From the IMG/VR virus record IMGVR_UViG_3300029647_000018: a stretch of 11,340 nt of DNA; one strand, 5' to 3'. Within the stretch, counting starts at the first letter, position 1, and each line of letters starts with the position of its first letter. The position numbers and the translations under genes were made by a program. Of the stretch, positions 7,617 through 11,340 are shown in pieces. Source of the DNA: a virus (lineage: Duplodnaviria > Heunggongvirae > Uroviricota > Caudoviricetes). Below the pieces are notes generated by a model. That model was not told the DNA's origin, did no database searches, and saw nothing but the letters and a program-made list of their open reading frames with translations.

Positions 7617-8471
7617 TCAGCAGTTCGTCATCAGGGCGTCACCGCCACCGCCGGTGGCCTTGCTGCGGCGCTGCTGGGTCAGACTTTCGGTGTGGTCGAG
7701 ACTGTTTTTCAGGCGGGTGAATGCCTGGCTGGTTTCATCCGCCCTGTCAGTCACATCCTGCTTAAGTGCGGAAAAGGCGTTTTCCATCTCAGCGAGGCGC
7801 TGCTCAGTGGCGCTCAGTTTTTCCTGCACATGTTCAGCAACAGCGGTCACCGCTTCATGCACGTCATTCAGACGGGCGTCATCGCTGGCCTGTTTGCGGC
7901 CAAAAATGGATTTCACCTTTTCGGTCAGGGCGGTGAACACGGTTTCAGGCAGGTCTTCAAATTCCAGCTCAACGGGCGTTGCCACTGAAATCAGATTTTC
8001 AGGGCTTAATTTGAAGCGGTTCAGAGGGTTGTGTTTTGCCGTGCGGCAGAATTCCAGGTATTCCGTGCCGAGGCTTGCCGGGTCATCGGTGACGGCCAGC
8101 CCCACCAGATAACATTTGCCGGTGTTGGCAAAGTTCGGCTGAATTTCCATTGAGGTGTAGACCTTCTGCGCGGCCTTGTTCATCGCGATAAGGTCATCGG
8201 TCGGGGTGATTTTCGCAAACAGCGCCCATTTGCCTTTCAGCGCCGAATCATCGTCAATCTTTTCAGCCTTCAGTTCGACCACATCGCCATAACGCTTAAA
8301 AATACCGTCAGGCAGGATGCCGCGCAGATGTTCCAGGTTAATGCGGCAACCATAGACACGCGGGTCAAAGGTTTCGGCCATTTCCTGAATATCCTGCGCA
8401 CTGATGACACGCCCGTCACAGGTGTCACCCTCAACGCCGATACGAAAGAATTTTGAGACTTTTTTTGCCAT
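7617..8471 (-). CDS. O: Capsid scaffolding protein gpO with N-terminal serine protease domain, 284 aa
   Basis: Start at MAKKVSKFFRIGVEGDT... (ATG 8469..8471) gives 284 aa (P2 gpO size). Residues D19, H48 and S107 are present at the positions I recall as the P2 gpO catalytic triad. Confidence 0.9.
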   Translation of the reverse strand: MAKKVSKFFRIGVEGDTCDGRVISAQDIQEMAETFDPRVYGCRINLEHLRGILPDGIFKRYGDVVELKAEKIDDDSALKGKWALFAKITPTDDLIAMNKAAQKVYTSMEIQPNFANTGKCYLVGLAVTDDPASLGTEYLEFCRTAKHNPLNRFKLSPENLISVATPVELEFEDLPETVFTALTEKVKSIFGRKQASDDARLNDVHEAVTAVAEHVQEKLSATEQRLAEMENAFSALKQDVTDRADETSQAFTRLKNSLDHTESLTQQRRSKATGGGGDALMTNC

Positions 8472-8644
8472 TGTCAGGAGTCCTGAATAGTGATTAGAGG
8501 AGTCACATGTCGGCATCAGTTTCCCGACGATGCGCATCCTCCGCCATCAGTCCCGGATGGCTTATCACTGACACAACAGCACCTTAGCGAATCGCGGGGC
8601 GCGACTCAGTAGCCTTGCCGTGTATTCATCACGGCGAGGTATTC
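8472..8644. promoter_or_regulatory. Divergent O/P intergenic region; expected site of the two divergent Ogr-dependent late promoters
   Basis: 173-bp non-coding gap between divergent operons, as in P2. Seen in sequence: imperfect dyad TGG-N12-ACA (8558..8575), direct repeat CATCAGT (8514..8520, 8545..8551), small hairpin 8509..8528. Exact promoter elements not verified. Confidence 0.5.
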
Positions 8645-10417
8645 ATGACCATCACCACAGACACCACTCTTTTGCACGACCCGCGTCGTCAGGCGGCGCT
8701 GCTGTACTGGCAGGGGTTTTCCGTGCCGCAGATTGCCGCCATGTTGCAGATGAAACGCCCGACGGTGCAGAGCTGGAAACAGCGCGACGGCTGGGACAGC
8801 GTTGCCCCCATCAGCCGTGTCGAAATGAGTCTGGAAGCGCGGCTGACCCAGCTCATTATCAAACCGCAGAAAACCGGCGGTGACTTCAAGGAAATTGACC
8901 TGCTCGGACGCCAGATTGAACGACTGGCACGGGTAAACCGCTACAGCCAGACCGGCAACGAGGCAGACCTTAATCCGAACGTCGCTAACCGCAACAAAGG
9001 CGGGCGTCGCAAACCGAAAAAGAATTTTTTCAGTGACGAGGCTATCGAAAAGCTGGAGCAGATTTTCTTTGAGCAGTCTTTCGACTATCAGTTGCACTGG
9101 TATCGCGCCGGGCTTGAGCACCGCATCCGCGATATCCTGAAATCCCGCCAGATTGGCGCGACGTTTTATTTTTCCCGCGAGGCGCTGCTGCGCGCCCTGA
9201 AAACAGGTCATAACCAGATTTTTCTGTCGGCCAGTAAAACGCAGGCGTATGTATTCCGTGAATACATCATCGCCTTTGCCCGTCTGGTTGACGTTGACCT
9301 GACCGGTGACCCGATTGTCCTGGGCAATAACGGCGCAAAACTGATTTTTCTCGGCACCAACTCCAACACCGCGCAGAGCCATAACGGCGACCTGTACGTC
9401 GATGAGATTTTCTGGATCCCGAATTTTCAGGTACTGCGTAAGGTGGCATCAGGTATGGCCTCACAGAGTCACCTGCGCTCGACCTATTTCTCCACCCCGT
9501 CCACGCTGGCGCACGACGCCTATCCGTTCTGGTCCGGTGAACTGTTTAACCGGGGACGCGCCAGCGCCGCCGAACGCGTGGAAATCGACGTCAGTCATAA
9601 CGCCCTTGCCGGTGGGCTTCTCTGTGCGGACGGCCAGTGGCGGCAGATTGTCACCATTGAGGACGCCCTGAAAGGTGGCTGCACGCTGTTCGACATTGAG
9701 CAGCTCAAACGCGAAAACAGCGCCGACGATTTTAAAAACCTGTTCATGTGTGAATTTGTTGACGACAAGGCGTCGGTGTTCCCGTTCGAGGAGCTGCAAC
9801 GCTGCATGGTCGACACGCTGGAAGAATGGGAAGACTATGCGCCGTTTGCCACCAATCCGTTCGGCTCACGTCCGGTATGGATTGGTTACGACCCGTCACA
9901 CCGTGGCGACAGCGCCGGATGCGTGGTACTGGCACCGCCGGTGGTGGCCGGTGGCAAATTCAGAATACTTGAGCGTCACCAGTGGAAAGGCATGGACTTT
10001 GCCACCCAGGCGGAATCCATCCGCAAACTCACCGAAAAATATAACGTTGAATACATCGGGATTGATGCCACCGGCCTCGGTGTCGGCGTGTTCCAGCTCG
10101 TGCGCTCGTTCTATCCCGCCGCGCGCGATATCCGCTACACGCCGGAAATGAAAACCGCAATGGTGCTCAAGGCAAAAGACGTCATCCGCCGTGGCTGTCT
10201 GGAATATGACGTCAGCGCCACCGACATCACCAGCTCGTTTATGGCTATCCGCAAGACCATGACCAGCAGCGGACGCAGCGCCACCTATGAGGCCAGCCGC
10301 AGCGAGGAAGCCAGCCACGCCGACCTCGCCTGGGCGACCATGCACGCCCTGTTAAATGAGCCACTCACCGCCGGTATCAGCACTCCGCTGACATCCACCA
10401 TTCTGGAGTTTTACTGA
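8645..10417 (+). CDS. P: Terminase ATPase (large) subunit gpP, 590 aa
   Basis: Start MTITTDTTLLHDPRRQAALLYWQGF... (ATG 8645, GAGGT upstream) gives 590 aa (P2 gpP size); candidate Walker A-like FLSASKT and Walker B-like LYVDE motifs; stop overlaps Q start (TGATG 10415..10419). Confidence 0.93.
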   Translation: MTITTDTTLLHDPRRQAALLYWQGFSVPQIAAMLQMKRPTVQSWKQRDGWDSVAPISRVEMSLEARLTQLIIKPQKTGGDFKEIDLLGRQIERLARVNRYSQTGNEADLNPNVANRNKGGRRKPKKNFFSDEAIEKLEQIFFEQSFDYQLHWYRAGLEHRIRDILKSRQIGATFYFSREALLRALKTGHNQIFLSASKTQAYVFREYIIAFARLVDVDLTGDPIVLGNNGAKLIFLGTNSNTAQSHNGDLYVDEIFWIPNFQVLRKVASGMASQSHLRSTYFSTPSTLAHDAYPFWSGELFNRGRASAAERVEIDVSHNALAGGLLCADGQWRQIVTIEDALKGGCTLFDIEQLKRENSADDFKNLFMCEFVDDKASVFPFEELQRCMVDTLEEWEDYAPFATNPFGSRPVWIGYDPSHRGDSAGCVVLAPPVVAGGKFRILERHQWKGMDFATQAESIRKLTEKYNVEYIGIDATGLGVGVFQLVRSFYPAARDIRYTPEMKTAMVLKAKDVIRRGCLEYDVSATDITSSFMAIRKTMTSSGRSATYEASRSEEASHADLAWATMHALLNEPLTAGISTPLTSTILEFY

Positions 10418-11271
10418 TGAGCAAGAAAAAAGGGAAAACACCGCAACCTGCGGCAAAAACAATCACCGCCAGCGCCCCGAAAATGGAGGCATTCACCTTT
10501 GGTGAGCCGGTGCCGGTACTCGACCGCCGTGACATTCTGGATTACGTCGAGTGCATCAGTAACGGCAGATGGTATGAGCCACCGGTCAGCTTTACCGGTC
10601 TGGCAAAAAGCCTGCGTGCTGCCGTACATCACAGCTCACCGATTTACGTCAAACGTAATATTCTGGCTTCAACGTTTATTCCGCACCCGTGGCTTTCCCA
10701 GCAGGATTTCAGCCGCTTTGTGCTGGATTTTCTGGTGTTCGGTAATGCGTTTCTGGAAAAGCGCTACAGCACCACCGGTAAGGTCATCAGACTGGAAACC
10801 TCACCGGCAAAATATACCCGCCGTGGTGTTGAGGAGGATGTTTACTGGTGGGTGCCGTCCTTCAACGAGCCGACACCTTTCGCGCCCGGCTCCGTGTTTC
10901 ACCTGCTGGAGCCGGATATTAATCAGGAGCTGTACGGCCTGCCGGAATATCTCAGCGCCCTTAATTCTGCCTGGCTGAATGAATCAGCTACGCTGTTCCG
11001 CCGCAAGTATTACGAAAATGGCGCACATGCCGGATACATCATGTACGTCACCGATGCCGTGCAGGATCGCAACGATATCGAAATGCTTCGCGAAAACATG
11101 GTTAAGTCGAAAGGCCGCAACAACTTTAAAAACCTGTTTCTCTATGCCCCGCAGGGGAAAGCTGACGGCATTAAAATTATCCCACTCAGTGAAGTGGCAA
11201 CGAAGGACGATTTTTTTAATATCAAAAAAGCCAGCGCCGCTGACCTGCTGGACGCGTGCGTATTACCGTGA
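10417..11271 (+). pseudogene. Q: Truncated portal protein gpQ-like: about 280 native residues then CVLP-stop from the inverted repeat (P2 gpQ is about 344 aa)
   Basis: ORF MSKKKGKTPQPAAKTITASAPKMEAF... matches my recollection of the P2 portal N-terminus; the reading frame enters repeat 11256..11332 and stops at 11269..11271. Confidence 0.8.
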
Positions 11272-11332
11272 AGGAGATCGGTGAGTAACATCGATGGAGA
11301 TCGGTTCGTGTCACTTTCACAGAACCGTTTTT
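11256..11332. repeat. Right copy of the perfect inverted repeat (reverse complement of 1..77)
   Basis: Exact 77/77 reverse-complement identity with 1..77; 8 further bases (11333..11340, aaattacc) have no counterpart inside the window because the left copy starts at base 1. Confidence 0.95.
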
Positions 11333-11340
11333 AAATTACC

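Noticed and set aside
8606-9382. 258-aa minus-strand ORF antisense to terminase P
   Set aside because: Would run through the O/P promoter region and overlap P completely; no P2 counterpart.
10979-11284. 101-aa plus-strand ORF ending ...YYREGDR inside the repeat (and its mirror 49..315 on the minus strand)
   Set aside because: Alternative frame of Q (and of I/J) that happens to stay open into the repeat; explained by the main-frame genes.
11273-11305. AGATCGG in the repeat resembles the start of Illumina adapter sequence
   Set aside because: Match is only about 7 nt and diverges immediately afterwards; not credible as adapter contamination.
11333-11340. Window end GGTAAT (reverse complement) resembles the first bases of an IS1 terminal repeat
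   Set aside because: Only about 6 nt of similarity and the adjoining sequence does not match IS1 ends as I recall them; insufficient to name the element.
1-11340. CRISPR arrays, tRNA/rRNA genes, integrase or att sites
   Set aside because: No short regularly spaced direct repeats, no tRNA-like structures and no tyrosine-recombinase-like ORF seen; coding density is accounted for by the phage late genes.

Overview
The window is almost entirely the late (virion morphogenesis plus lysis) gene block of a P2-like temperate myovirus, in the canonical P2 order and with P2-like gene sizes. On the minus strand: O-N-M-L-X-Y-K-lysA-lysB/lysC-R-S-V-W-J and a truncated I. Divergently on the plus strand: P and a truncated Q. 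All internal genes look intact and tightly packed. The unexplained feature is a perfect inverted repeat of at least 77 bp (1..77 versus 11256..11332) that brackets the whole block. Its inner edges fall inside baseplate gene I and portal gene Q, so both are cut short and both end in the same repeat-encoded tail CVLP-stop. Tail sheath/tube, tape measure, tail fibre, integrase and regulatory genes are not in the window. I cannot identify the repeat from the sequence alone. Candidate explanations are two inverted copies of a mobile element or duplicated locus, an engineered cassette, or an assembly foldback artefact. Gene identities rest on my recollection of P2 protein sequences and sizes; no database search was run.
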